Assembly: GCA_902763865.1 (NCBI GenBank)
Contig: CACWTR010000002.1
Location: 12,343 to 76,342 of the forward strand
Reading direction: 5' to 3'
Origin: an uncultured Bacteroidales bacterium
GTDB lineage: Bacteria; Bacteroidota; Bacteroidia; Bacteroidales; Bacteroidaceae
Length of the DNA stretch: 64,000 bases
Shown here piece by piece: positions 8,840-17,476 of this stretch. Below the pieces are notes generated by a model, which was not told the DNA's origin, did no database searches, and was given only the letters and a program-made list of their open reading frames with translations. Position 1 is the stretch's first letter, and each line of letters starts with the position of its first letter. The position numbers were made by a program, and so were the translations under genes.

Positions 8840-8914
8840 CACGTCAAAACGGGTTGTTTCGCATGTGAAACAATTTGTTTCCTCTGTGGAAACAAAAAGT
8901 TTCGTGAAGGAAAC
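8840..8914 (-). repeat. ~75-nt dispersed element: three tandem GTTTC-N6-7-GAAAC palindromic units plus a CCCG-N4-GACGTG flank (inverted copy)
   Basis: The reverse complement aligns unit by unit with 43763-43838, including GAAACAATTGTTTCAC and GAAACAACCCG....GACGTG. Confidence 0.8.
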
Positions 8915-9061
8915 ATTAATCGATACCACTTGGAGTTTAATGACTTAATGCGTTCAATGCACAATTATACCCTGGGGACTGCCTGATTTACGCAGGTACG
9001 CGATAATCAGTCAATGAATAAATAATTCTAACTTGTGCCTTGATTTTTCACATGTCTTTTG

Positions 9062-9069
9062 TAACTTTG
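9062..9069 (+). promoter_or_regulatory. candidate -7 box TAACTTTG for the WYL gene
   Basis: TAnnTTTG match 23 nt upstream of the ATG at 9092. Confidence 0.45.
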
Positions 9070-9091
9070 CACCAAATTAACGAATTTTGCT

Positions 9092-10024
9092 ATGGCAAAG
9101 AACCGCCTGCGCCTGAGCGAAGCGAAGAACCTTATCAACAAATATGTTTGGCTGGTGGACACCATCTATAGGGCCCGACGAATCACCTTCGAGGAAATCA
9201 ACCAGAAGTGGCTCGACCAGGAGATGGACACGAAGCCCATACCCATCCGCACCTTCCACAAATGGAAGATTGCGGCCGAGGACATGTTCAACCTCGTCAT
9301 CGAGTGTGAGCGCAAAGGCGGCTACCATTATTATATAGATAATGTGGAGGAAGTCAGGCGCGGAGGGCTTCGCAGCTGGCTGCTCAAGACCATCTCCGTC
9401 AGCAACCTGCTGCTGGACAGCCAGTCCATCAAGGACCGCATCCTCCTCGAGGATGTTCCTTCAGGGCAGGACGATTTGGCGCTCATCCTCGAAGCGATGA
9501 AGACGAACACCCAGCTTCGCATCACCTACCAAAGCTATTGGCGCGAAGAGAGTTACACATTCAACGTCCATCCCTATTGCGTGAAGCTCTTCAAGCAACG
9601 CTGGTATCTGGTTGCACTCAGCCCGCACCTCAACCGCATCATGATTTATGCCCTCGACCGCATCTTCGACATCGCCAAGCTCGACGGCGTGACCTTCACG
9701 ATGCCCGACGACTTCTACCCCGAGGACTTCTTCTACAACTACTACGGCATCATCGCCGGCACCAAGCGTAAGCCTGAAAAGGTCAGACTGAAGGTTTCCG
9801 CAAGCCAAGCAAACTACCTCCGCTCCCTGCCGCTCCACGACACCCAAGAGGAAACGGAAAGGAACGAAGCTTTCAGCATCTTCACCCTTCGCATCTGTCC
9901 CGAATTCGACTTCTATCAGGAGATTCTGTCGAATGGCGAAGATGTCGAAGTGCTCGAACCAATCTGGCTCCGTAAGGAGATAGCAGGAATGATAAACAGA
10001 ATGTGGAACAAATATAACAAGTAA
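9092..10024 (+). CDS. WYL-domain transcriptional regulator (HTH-WYL-WCX architecture)
   Basis: N-terminal HTH-like region (IPIRTFHKWKIAAEDMFNLVIECERKGGYHYYI). WYL core FKQRWYLVAL. C-terminal extension. First gene of the island. Confidence 0.85.
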   Translation: MAKNRLRLSEAKNLINKYVWLVDTIYRARRITFEEINQKWLDQEMDTKPIPIRTFHKWKIAAEDMFNLVIECERKGGYHYYIDNVEEVRRGGLRSWLLKTISVSNLLLDSQSIKDRILLEDVPSGQDDLALILEAMKTNTQLRITYQSYWREESYTFNVHPYCVKLFKQRWYLVALSPHLNRIMIYALDRIFDIAKLDGVTFTMPDDFYPEDFFYNYYGIIAGTKRKPEKVRLKVSASQANYLRSLPLHDTQEETERNEAFSIFTLRICPEFDFYQEILSNGEDVEVLEPIWLRKEIAGMINRMWNKYNK

Positions 10025-10035
10025 AAATTTCATTT

Positions 10036-10731
10036 ATGTACATGACAATCAGCGACGTAACCCTAAAATATCTTTGTCAAAAGTATCGCCATGACATTGG
10101 ATTGGGTACAAACAAATTCCTTCCTGGTATAAAAATCCGCTATGTAGCAGCAAACAAACATTTCGGCTATGCCTATTTCGGAGATTTTTTCTTCTTTGGC
10201 GATGACTTTTATGTTTGGGAGAAAGACGACAAATATGCAGCAGACCATAATCAGGACATCGTTGAGGAAGTATTTGGCGATGAATGCAAAGGGCGTGGCT
10301 ATGCCCGCAGAGTCATATTTGCCGGTGTTTTGACGGATTTTACCGACGACAATGGAGAAGGAATATACACTGGTGATGTTATAAAGGTAGAAATGAAGGA
10401 CGAATACACAAGATATTTTGCTGTTGGAGCCTGGAGTTATGAAGATGGCAAAGGAGAGTATTGCTTCATCCTCGACAACCACAATTGGTCGTTGGAAGAT
10501 TGTCAGAGGCAGCATTATCAGATGACACGTGTGGGCACAGTGTTTTATCAGTTGGACGCGAGTGATTCAATTCGGGTCAACCATCGTGTCATGAACTTTA
10601 ATAGATGGAGAGATACAGAAGAAGACAGGCTGCAAAAAGTCTTAATGGCAAAATACACACCCAACTTCGACCAGGAATTCTGGAGATATAGAGGACTTGA
10701 AATACTGGGAGTAGAATTTGACTGGAAATAA
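10036..10731 (+). CDS. hypothetical protein with a YopX-like motif; paralog of 11998-13050
   Basis: Shares IRY..FGYAYFGDF, FAGV.T.F.D.NG..IYTGDVI and RVGTVF with the second copy. The D.NG..IY.GD(I/V) pattern recalls phage YopX proteins. AT-rich. Confidence 0.6.
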   Translation: MYMTISDVTLKYLCQKYRHDIGLGTNKFLPGIKIRYVAANKHFGYAYFGDFFFFGDDFYVWEKDDKYAADHNQDIVEEVFGDECKGRGYARRVIFAGVLTDFTDDNGEGIYTGDVIKVEMKDEYTRYFAVGAWSYEDGKGEYCFILDNHNWSLEDCQRQHYQMTRVGTVFYQLDASDSIRVNHRVMNFNRWRDTEEDRLQKVLMAKYTPNFDQEFWRYRGLEILGVEFDWK

Positions 10732-10744
10732 AATAATTATAACT

Positions 10745-11290
10745 ATGAAAACAGAAAAAATTAACATCGGACAAATTGGAGAAACAGCTGTAGTATTGGA
10801 ACTTCTCAAGAAGGGTTTTGACGTTATCAACATCAATAATTCCTATCAGAATTACAAGAATGCAGATTTAATTTGTATGAATCATGGTACAGGAAAGAGT
10901 GTGATGATACAAGTCAAGACGGGTACATCTCATAATATTTTGGTAGGTTTTACATCAGAATTGGATGGCACAGTTCCTAAATTAGAAGAAAAAGTGATAG
11001 GGCCATGGGTGTTTGTTTTTATGAATAAGCATGATTATGGCATGAAGTTTTATGTGCTGACTAGAGAAGAAACCATAGAACTTATTAAAACAAGCTGCGA
11101 TTGGTATGCAAATGAATGGAACCGCCAGTTGAAAAATAAACCATTAATCGGTGTTGAGGTGGATTGGCTGGAAGCAAAACCTTCTGTAGCTTCAAAGCCA
11201 AATGCTAAGAAACAACATTCTGAGTATAAGAGTACGTTGTGTCAAACATCAGAGAACAAGTGGGAGAAAATAATAGGTTTACTATATTGA
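10745..11290 (+). CDS. PD-(D/E)xK-fold nuclease-like protein (Hjc/restriction-endonuclease-like core)
   Basis: GQIGETAVVLELLKKGFDV ... ADLIC ... VMIQVKTG gives E / D / QxK spacing typical of the fold. ATG at 10745 (the track TTG start at 10718 is less likely). AT-rich. Confidence 0.55.
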   Translation: MKTEKINIGQIGETAVVLELLKKGFDVININNSYQNYKNADLICMNHGTGKSVMIQVKTGTSHNILVGFTSELDGTVPKLEEKVIGPWVFVFMNKHDYGMKFYVLTREETIELIKTSCDWYANEWNRQLKNKPLIGVEVDWLEAKPSVASKPNAKKQHSEYKSTLCQTSENKWEKIIGLLY

Positions 11291-11795
11291 TGTAAACGGA
11301 GATAAGAAGGAATTTGCAGCAATAGATTTTGAGACCGCCAATAATGAGCGCAGTTCGGTTTGCTCTGTTGGGGTGGTTATCGTTCGTAACGGCGAGATAG
11401 TCGATTCGTTCTACTCCCTCATTCAGCCCGAGCCGAACTACTACAACTATTGGTGTTCACAGGTTCATGGCCTTTGCCGGGAAGACACAGAAGATGCCCC
11501 CATCTTCCCTGATGTCTGGGCACAGATAGAGCCGCTGATAGAGGGTCTGCCCCTTGTGGCCCACAACAGGCCCTTCGACGAGAGTTGCCTCAAAGCCGTC
11601 TTCCGCGTCTATCGGATGGACTATCCCGACTATGAGTTCCTCGACACACTTTGTGTCTCCCGTCGCAAGTTCCCTTCCCTGCCGAACCACCAGTTGCAGA
11701 CCGTCGCCCAGGCCTGCGGCTTCTGCATGAAGAACCACCACCACGCCCTCGCCGACGCCGAGGCATGTGCCTGGATAGCAAGGGAGATACTGTAA
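11286..11795 (+). CDS. DEDDh (DnaQ/epsilon-like) 3'-5' exonuclease; start codon non-canonical or lost
   Basis: Exo I AIDFETAN (11319-11342), Exo II LVAHNRPFDESCL and Exo III HHALADAEA are all intact. The frame is open only from 11277, with no ATG/GTG/TTG before Exo I. ATT at 11286 overlaps the upstream TGA. Confidence 0.75.
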   Translation: MDVNGDKKEFAAIDFETANNERSSVCSVGVVIVRNGEIVDSFYSLIQPEPNYYNYWCSQVHGLCREDTEDAPIFPDVWAQIEPLIEGLPLVAHNRPFDESCLKAVFRVYRMDYPDYEFLDTLCVSRRKFPSLPNHQLQTVAQACGFCMKNHHHALADAEACAWIAREIL

Positions 11796-11922
11796 CGACA
11801 AACAAAGTGCTCATCGAAAAGAGCAGAAATTAGCAAAAGCGCTCATCCAAATGAGCAATTTTACAGAAAGAATACAAAGTAGATATTGTGAATAACGTGC
11901 AAAATATACACGATAAAGATAG

Positions 11923-11997
11923 CAAGAGGAACTCTCTCTTGGACTTCGCAAGGAGAAATTGAATAGAATGTGGAATAAAAAGAAAAATAAAGAAACT
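11923..11997 (+). pseudogene. remnant of the 3' end of a second WYL-regulator gene
   Basis: Translates QEELSLGLRKEKLNRMWNKKKNKET. The intact WYL C-terminus is WLRKEIAGMINRMWNKYNK. AGAATGTGGAAYAAA is shared. Confidence 0.6.
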
Positions 11998-13050
11998 ATG
12001 GATTTCCATTTCAACAAGTTTAGCTTTTGGGGCATTCAAGATTTATGCCGTACTCATTACAGAGAAATCTTGCAACGCAAGAATTTAAAGTCTGTTATTG
12101 ATGGTAGAAAAGTGCGTTTCATTGATCCACTTGGCGAATTCTGCTATGCAGACTTTGGTGATTTCTATAACGGTAGCATGGGTACAATGATGCTTGTCAC
12201 ACGCGAGAAAAAGTACGCACAGTTTCATGAACCTGATGAGCTATCTAATACTCTATGGTCAACTATTCCTGTGTTTTATGCAGGCGTTGAGACCAAATTT
12301 AGAGATGAAAATAATAACATGATTTTTACAGGTGATGTGGTGACATATAAAGGATGGACATCAATGGTTAGATTTTTTGGTGATTATACAAGGCCTGGAT
12401 TAGCAGGGGATAATTGTGAAATACTTTTTGAAGATTTAGAACCAATTCATAAGATAGGGACTGTCTTTTCAGATATACCCATCTCGCTACCTCGAGGCTT
12501 TGATTATAATTTTTTCCAATGGCCATTAGAACGTTTTGTTCCTCAAGGAATCAGTATTGATGAAATGATTGCAAGAGCGCAGAAATCATACAAAAAACCG
12601 CATTTCGCAGATGAATTGCCAAAGTTGAAACGATGGAAACGCAATGTATATGAAAATATCGCCGAGACTTTGACACAAGATGATATTCTTGTTTACTTTA
12701 TAGGCGATGAGGTGGAAGATGAAGAGTATGGCGTGTACAATGAGATTCTTGCTGATTATATACCTGAATCATTCAAGGGGAAAGAACTTACACTCCATTT
12801 GCCAGAAGATAAATGGGAACTGAAGAGTTGGAAGGAGCTGATTAATGATTTCTTATTGACAGCTCATTTTAACCCTGACAAAAGATATGTGTTCTGCGAT
12901 TTCAGAAAGCAACTCGGAATAACCAAAAGGATTGAACATGCATTCGCTATGACGTTCTATGATTGGTATGAGTACAATATCCCTAATGTTGCTCTGCCAT
13001 TATGGATATACATATGCCATGTAGGACATGATTGTATAGGACGCGATTGA
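11998..13050 (+). CDS. hypothetical protein, YopX-like paralog 2 with a long C-terminal extension
   Basis: VRF..FCYADFGDF, FYAGVETKFRDENNNMIFTGDVV and KIGTVF align with 10036-10731. The ATG at 11998 (MDFHFNKF) is preferred over the TTG at 11959. Confidence 0.7.
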   Translation: MDFHFNKFSFWGIQDLCRTHYREILQRKNLKSVIDGRKVRFIDPLGEFCYADFGDFYNGSMGTMMLVTREKKYAQFHEPDELSNTLWSTIPVFYAGVETKFRDENNNMIFTGDVVTYKGWTSMVRFFGDYTRPGLAGDNCEILFEDLEPIHKIGTVFSDIPISLPRGFDYNFFQWPLERFVPQGISIDEMIARAQKSYKKPHFADELPKLKRWKRNVYENIAETLTQDDILVYFIGDEVEDEEYGVYNEILADYIPESFKGKELTLHLPEDKWELKSWKELINDFLLTAHFNPDKRYVFCDFRKQLGITKRIEHAFAMTFYDWYEYNIPNVALPLWIYICHVGHDCIGRD

Positions 13051-13095
13051 GAAATCCTTGCCGATGCAGAAGCATGTGCATGGAAGCAAGGATGA
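13051..13095 (+). pseudogene. remnant of the 3' end of a second DEDDh exonuclease gene
   Basis: In frame right after the TGA of the previous ORF: EILADAEACAWKQG*. The intact gene reads ALADAEACAWIAREIL*. The nine identical residues differ only at synonymous third positions, shifted to A/T. Confidence 0.65.
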
Positions 13096-13142
13096 AACGA
13101 TGAGTTATTATCAAAAATGTTTGGAAGAATTATAATAAGTTG

Positions 13143-13150
13143 TATCTTTG
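13143..13150 (+). promoter_or_regulatory. candidate -7 box TATCTTTG upstream of the DUF262 operon
   Basis: TAnnTTTG match ~195 nt upstream of the ATG at 13346. Confidence 0.4.
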
Positions 13151-13345
13151 CAAAGGAAAACTAAACAACAAACACTATGAGTAAAGTATTTCGCATTACA
13201 CCCAAACGCATTAAGCGGGCAAATGGGAACGGTGCTGACAATGACAATCACATTCAACACAGAATCATACACCAACTACCCTGTTTTATAACGGGGAAGC
13301 CAAAATCCAAAAGAAATATATGTACTTAAATTAATCAGCCGAAAA

Positions 13346-15301
13346 ATGGTAAAAAACAATATTTTATATAGTATCAAGAATCTTTTCTCTAAAGAAGGAG
13401 GATTCTTAAATGAAGGAGAGTATTTCAATATTCCGGAATATCAGCGTGGCTACAAATGGTCGGCACAAAATATCACAAAACTTTTGGATGATATAAGCTC
13501 CTTTGAGACCAATGGGGATTCTGAGAAATTTTATTGTCTTCAGAACATAACGATTGTTTACAATGAGAATAAAGGAGAATATAATGTTGTGGATGGTCAA
13601 CAGCGACTAACAACGCTTACAATACTTCTATCCTATTTTGATTGCTACGACTTGATAAAAAACAAATTACGTTATTCTATTCGAGAAGACACTCGTACTT
13701 TTCTTGAAGAATATATCTACAAGAATCGGAAAGAAGAATGGAAGTCATGGAATTCAGACTGGAATTCATTTATACAGTTAAAACCAGAATGTGATTTTCA
13801 GGATATTTTTTATATATTTACAGCATATAATACTATTGCAAAATGGTTCTCGAACCATGATGTCAATGGGTTCCTAGAAAAGCTTCTTCACAATGTTGAT
13901 ATCATAGTTAACCAACCAAAGACTAAGGATGAGACAAAACTATTTGCCAACTTGAACGGCGACAAAGTTTCCCTAGATGGTGCCGACATCGTTCGAGCAA
14001 TGATTGTTACACATGTAGCAAAAGAAGAGTCCGATGAGATTAGGGATGAGGACAAATTGCTTGTAATGCTTAACGAGCGTCGGGTAAGAATAGGCATGAC
14101 ACTTGATAATATTACTAGATGGTGGACAATTAAAGATCATGTTGACTATTACAAGCCATTTATTAAAGGCATTAAATCGGCAGAGGGGGAGGTCTTGAAA
14201 TTTGATGAAAATGATAATGCAATTAATCGCCTTTACAAGCTTTACATTGCTACCCAGAACTATACTCAGAAAAACCTTACCATAAGTCTTGAAAAGTTTG
14301 AGCATCCTTATCCAGATAACTCTTTTTCTGTTTTGTATGAAAAACTGGTGTGGTTGCAGCGTCTAATTGAGTCTTGGTATGATGATAAAGTTCTTTATCA
14401 TCTTATTCCCTTCTGCATTATATATTGTAAAAAGACTTTTTTCTGGATGGTAGATACATGGAAGGAATCCACTAGAAAAACATTCGAAGAGAGGTTGAAA
14501 GAGGTAATTCGGGAATGGATTGAATCTATGAAAGAACAAAGGCTTTATAGTAAAGAACTATCTAGTACAGAAAATCCAAACGAGACTATGATTAGTGATA
14601 ATGCGACTCTCTCGTTGGCAGAAGACAATGAAAAACTTGCAAGTACCGAGAATTGGTATGAGAGTTCTTATTTGGAGCCGGTTCTAGTTCTTTTGGATAT
14701 CATAGCCATTTGTAAGTCTGAATCCAAGGATAAATTGCCTCCATTGTTTTTTGTAGCTTTCAAAGAAGACGAAGAACACATTTTCCCTCAAACTCCTATA
14801 GAGAAAATCAATCAATCCGAATACACCCGTCAAACAAATAAACTAAGGAAATACATTGATATAGTAAACGATTACATACAGAAAGCCAATGAATCCCCAA
14901 TTGAATTTGATGAGGCTGATACTCATTGGGATGATGAAAAATGGCGAGAAGAACAGCGAAAACGTTACAATGAAATAATCCTTAAATACATGCCGATTAA
15001 TTCTTTAGGAAACATGGCTCTTCTAAATGAATCTGTGAATAGAGGCTACGGTAACGATTTCTTTACTGAGAAAAGAATTGATGTGATGAAGGCTTATCGA
15101 GTAGGGGGATACATTAGGCCGCATGTTATGGATGCATTTAACAAACAGTTTTTAGAAAGGTCCGATTTAGACGATGACTTTTCTAGAATGAAATGTTGGG
15201 AGAAAGAAGACATCTTGGCACGCAGAGAATATATGGTTAGAACAATATGTGATTTTTTAAATATTCAACTTAAAGATAAAAAGAATGAAACAGACCAATA
15301 A
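13346..15301 (+). CDS. GmrSD-like DUF262 (ParB-like NTPase/nuclease) plus DUF1524 (His-Me finger) protein
   Basis: N-terminus FNIPEYQRGYKW ... VVDGQQRLTTLTILL. C-terminus EEHIFPQTP ... NSLGNMALLNESVNRGYGN. Confidence 0.85.
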   Translation: MVKNNILYSIKNLFSKEGGFLNEGEYFNIPEYQRGYKWSAQNITKLLDDISSFETNGDSEKFYCLQNITIVYNENKGEYNVVDGQQRLTTLTILLSYFDCYDLIKNKLRYSIREDTRTFLEEYIYKNRKEEWKSWNSDWNSFIQLKPECDFQDIFYIFTAYNTIAKWFSNHDVNGFLEKLLHNVDIIVNQPKTKDETKLFANLNGDKVSLDGADIVRAMIVTHVAKEESDEIRDEDKLLVMLNERRVRIGMTLDNITRWWTIKDHVDYYKPFIKGIKSAEGEVLKFDENDNAINRLYKLYIATQNYTQKNLTISLEKFEHPYPDNSFSVLYEKLVWLQRLIESWYDDKVLYHLIPFCIIYCKKTFFWMVDTWKESTRKTFEERLKEVIREWIESMKEQRLYSKELSSTENPNETMISDNATLSLAEDNEKLASTENWYESSYLEPVLVLLDIIAICKSESKDKLPPLFFVAFKEDEEHIFPQTPIEKINQSEYTRQTNKLRKYIDIVNDYIQKANESPIEFDEADTHWDDEKWREEQRKRYNEIILKYMPINSLGNMALLNESVNRGYGNDFFTEKRIDVMKAYRVGGYIRPHVMDAFNKQFLERSDLDDDFSRMKCWEKEDILARREYMVRTICDFLNIQLKDKKNETDQ

Positions 15302-17051
15302 TGCATTCCTAAAGGATGAAAATATATTAACTCTTTTCTCTTTGAATAATTTAATTATTCCAGAGATTCAACGTGAATATGTTTGGGGAAGAAACACAAA
15401 TGTTCTTGAAAAATTCTTAAACGACCTCAAAGAGAGTGCTGATGTATGCGATACATGCCATCATGTGCATGGGAATAATAATATCAATATAGGATTCTTG
15501 TACTCATATAAACCACCATACGTCAAACTAGAAAATGATAGATATCTTGATGAATTTCTTATTGATGGACAACAACGAATTACTACAATCTTTCTTTTGC
15601 TTCTAACCCGTGCTGTGGTTGAAAACAGAGTAGAGGATTTCTGCAACATTATTAGATATGACGAAGCAGGTAAACATATGAGTTTTAGCTACAAAGTCCG
15701 CAACCTAACCCAAGACTTCCTATTAATGCTGATTCGCCATATAATAGAACACCCATACAAAGAAACGCTAAATTTCTTCCTTACAAAGGAGTATCCCTTT
15801 TGGTTTTTGGCAGAATATAATGAAGATCCAACCATCGCTGCTATGGCGAGTGCAATTAGTTCTATGTTGAAGATATTCCCATCTAATGAATACTATTTCG
15901 ACTATTTACTTGAAAGCGTTCATTTTTGGCATTTTAAAACCGAAGCTACTTCCCAAGGAGAAGAACTCTATATCAGTATGAATTCTCGTGGAGAACAACT
16001 ATCCAGTAATGAAACACAAAAAGCTGCATCCCTGCCCCCAAAAGATCAAATTATTTGGGGCAGGAAATGGGAAGAGTGGCAAACATTTTTCTGGAGGAAT
16101 CGTAATAAAGAAGCGGTAAACATTAATGCTGACAAGGGTCTCAATCAGTATTTAAGTTGTATCGATTCTCTAGAAAGATTTAGATATGAATTATCAACAA
16201 AAGACACAGTATCTGAAGAATACCTTGGTAATTTTCATGCAGACATTAAAGACATAGATATTTACATGGATGCCTTGCGTTTTATATGCGACAAAAAGAA
16301 TTTCAAACTTGATTCTTATTCCTATCAAGAATGGTATGATTCATTTATGGCTGACATATGGACGGAGCTGAATAAAAACGAAAGCAGTTGGTATGTTTCT
16401 AAATCTACCTATAATAACGATGCCATAGCGAAGAATAAAGCTATGCTGTTCTGGTCGTGGATGTATTATTATAAATTGAAACGTGATAACACCATTGATT
16501 CATCAGAAATGTTAAGGCTGATGCATTTCTACTATGTCAGGTATCATTGCTATAAAAGATCCGCAAGACCGCTCTTCTCTATTGTTGAGGATGTGGCAAA
16601 AAACGGCTTTTGTGTGTTTAAACAACTTAACGGCAATAATGAAGTAATTGATGATGAAGACAAGGAAGGTGAAACTGACTCAAGATTGTTTAGCAATGAA
16701 GAAATAGTTCTTTCAAAAATATTCAATTTGAATCCAACCAGTCCTTTTGCTTTAGAAGCATCATGCTGGAAATTGCAAGATTTACCTTATTTAAAGGACG
16801 GCAAGAAAGTCGGAGGGAATACTATTAATGAGTTTCTTAATTATATTGCCATAGATAATGAACAAAAAGCTATCCAGGATATGGATACTTTATATTCAGA
16901 CTTCAAATCACTTTTTGATAATGCCGAGAACTTCAACAAAGTGAAAAGCTTATTACTATTTTATTGCGACGATAATGGAGATCCGTTCTGGCAGCGACAA
17001 TCTCCATACTATTATAGTAATTATGAATGCAGTTCAAAAAAAGAATCGTAA
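15285..17051 (+). CDS. second DUF262-domain protein (no DUF1524 motif seen)
   Basis: LIIPEIQREYVWGR ... LIDGQQRITTIFLLLL ... MNSRGEQLS. The start overlaps the previous stop by 17 nt. It ends just after an A7 tract. Confidence 0.8.
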   Translation: MKQTNNAFLKDENILTLFSLNNLIIPEIQREYVWGRNTNVLEKFLNDLKESADVCDTCHHVHGNNNINIGFLYSYKPPYVKLENDRYLDEFLIDGQQRITTIFLLLLTRAVVENRVEDFCNIIRYDEAGKHMSFSYKVRNLTQDFLLMLIRHIIEHPYKETLNFFLTKEYPFWFLAEYNEDPTIAAMASAISSMLKIFPSNEYYFDYLLESVHFWHFKTEATSQGEELYISMNSRGEQLSSNETQKAASLPPKDQIIWGRKWEEWQTFFWRNRNKEAVNINADKGLNQYLSCIDSLERFRYELSTKDTVSEEYLGNFHADIKDIDIYMDALRFICDKKNFKLDSYSYQEWYDSFMADIWTELNKNESSWYVSKSTYNNDAIAKNKAMLFWSWMYYYKLKRDNTIDSSEMLRLMHFYYVRYHCYKRSARPLFSIVEDVAKNGFCVFKQLNGNNEVIDDEDKEGETDSRLFSNEEIVLSKIFNLNPTSPFALEASCWKLQDLPYLKDGKKVGGNTINEFLNYIAIDNEQKAIQDMDTLYSDFKSLFDNAENFNKVKSLLLFYCDDNGDPFWQRQSPYYYSNYECSSKKES

Positions 17052-17461
17052 GATGTCAGGCATTTCTGAATTTTTATAGAGAATATAGAGAAAAAAAGAA
17101 TCTCGATATGATGCTGGTTGAGAAAAGAAATATATTCTTCTCAGAATTTCGTGTTTTCAATTTCGATGAAGTGCAAGTCCCCTCGATGAAACATATAGTT
17201 ATCGTTTATGATGCTATATTGTCAAATAACTCAAATTTTACGCAGGTTTGGAATAACGACTCTTTGGCATTTAGTGATAATATTACAGAAGAGGATATAT
17301 CAAAAAAACAATATCTGTATAGGAGTCAAATAAAATTATGGAGTCTTAAACGATATTTTGGTTCTAATTATCAAGAAATTGTACTTCCAAAAGGATGGCG
17401 TCAAAATTTAACCGAGGAATATTCAAATATCTCTTTTGAGTTTTTGAATTATGATAATTAA
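17027..17461 (+). CDS. hypothetical 144-aa ORF, possibly the frameshifted C-terminus of the preceding DUF262 protein
   Basis: Overlaps the previous ORF by 25 nt across A7 (17036-17042). No recognisable motif. Same AT-rich composition. Confidence 0.45.
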   Translation: MQFKKRIVRCQAFLNFYREYREKKNLDMMLVEKRNIFFSEFRVFNFDEVQVPSMKHIVIVYDAILSNNSNFTQVWNNDSLAFSDNITEEDISKKQYLYRSQIKLWSLKRYFGSNYQEIVLPKGWRQNLTEEYSNISFEFLNYDN

Positions 17462-17476
17462 CGTCGAATTTAAATT

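Noticed and set aside
8486-8986. Several 60-141-aa ORFs in the fucO-WYL spacer.
   Set aside because: They are translations of hairpin and palindrome repeats, mutually overlapping on both strands.
13177-13293. 38-codon ORF (MSKVFRITPKRIKRANG...) in the leader of the DUF262 operon.
   Set aside because: It is too short and has no motif I can verify. It may be a decayed small gene, but the sequence alone does not support a call.
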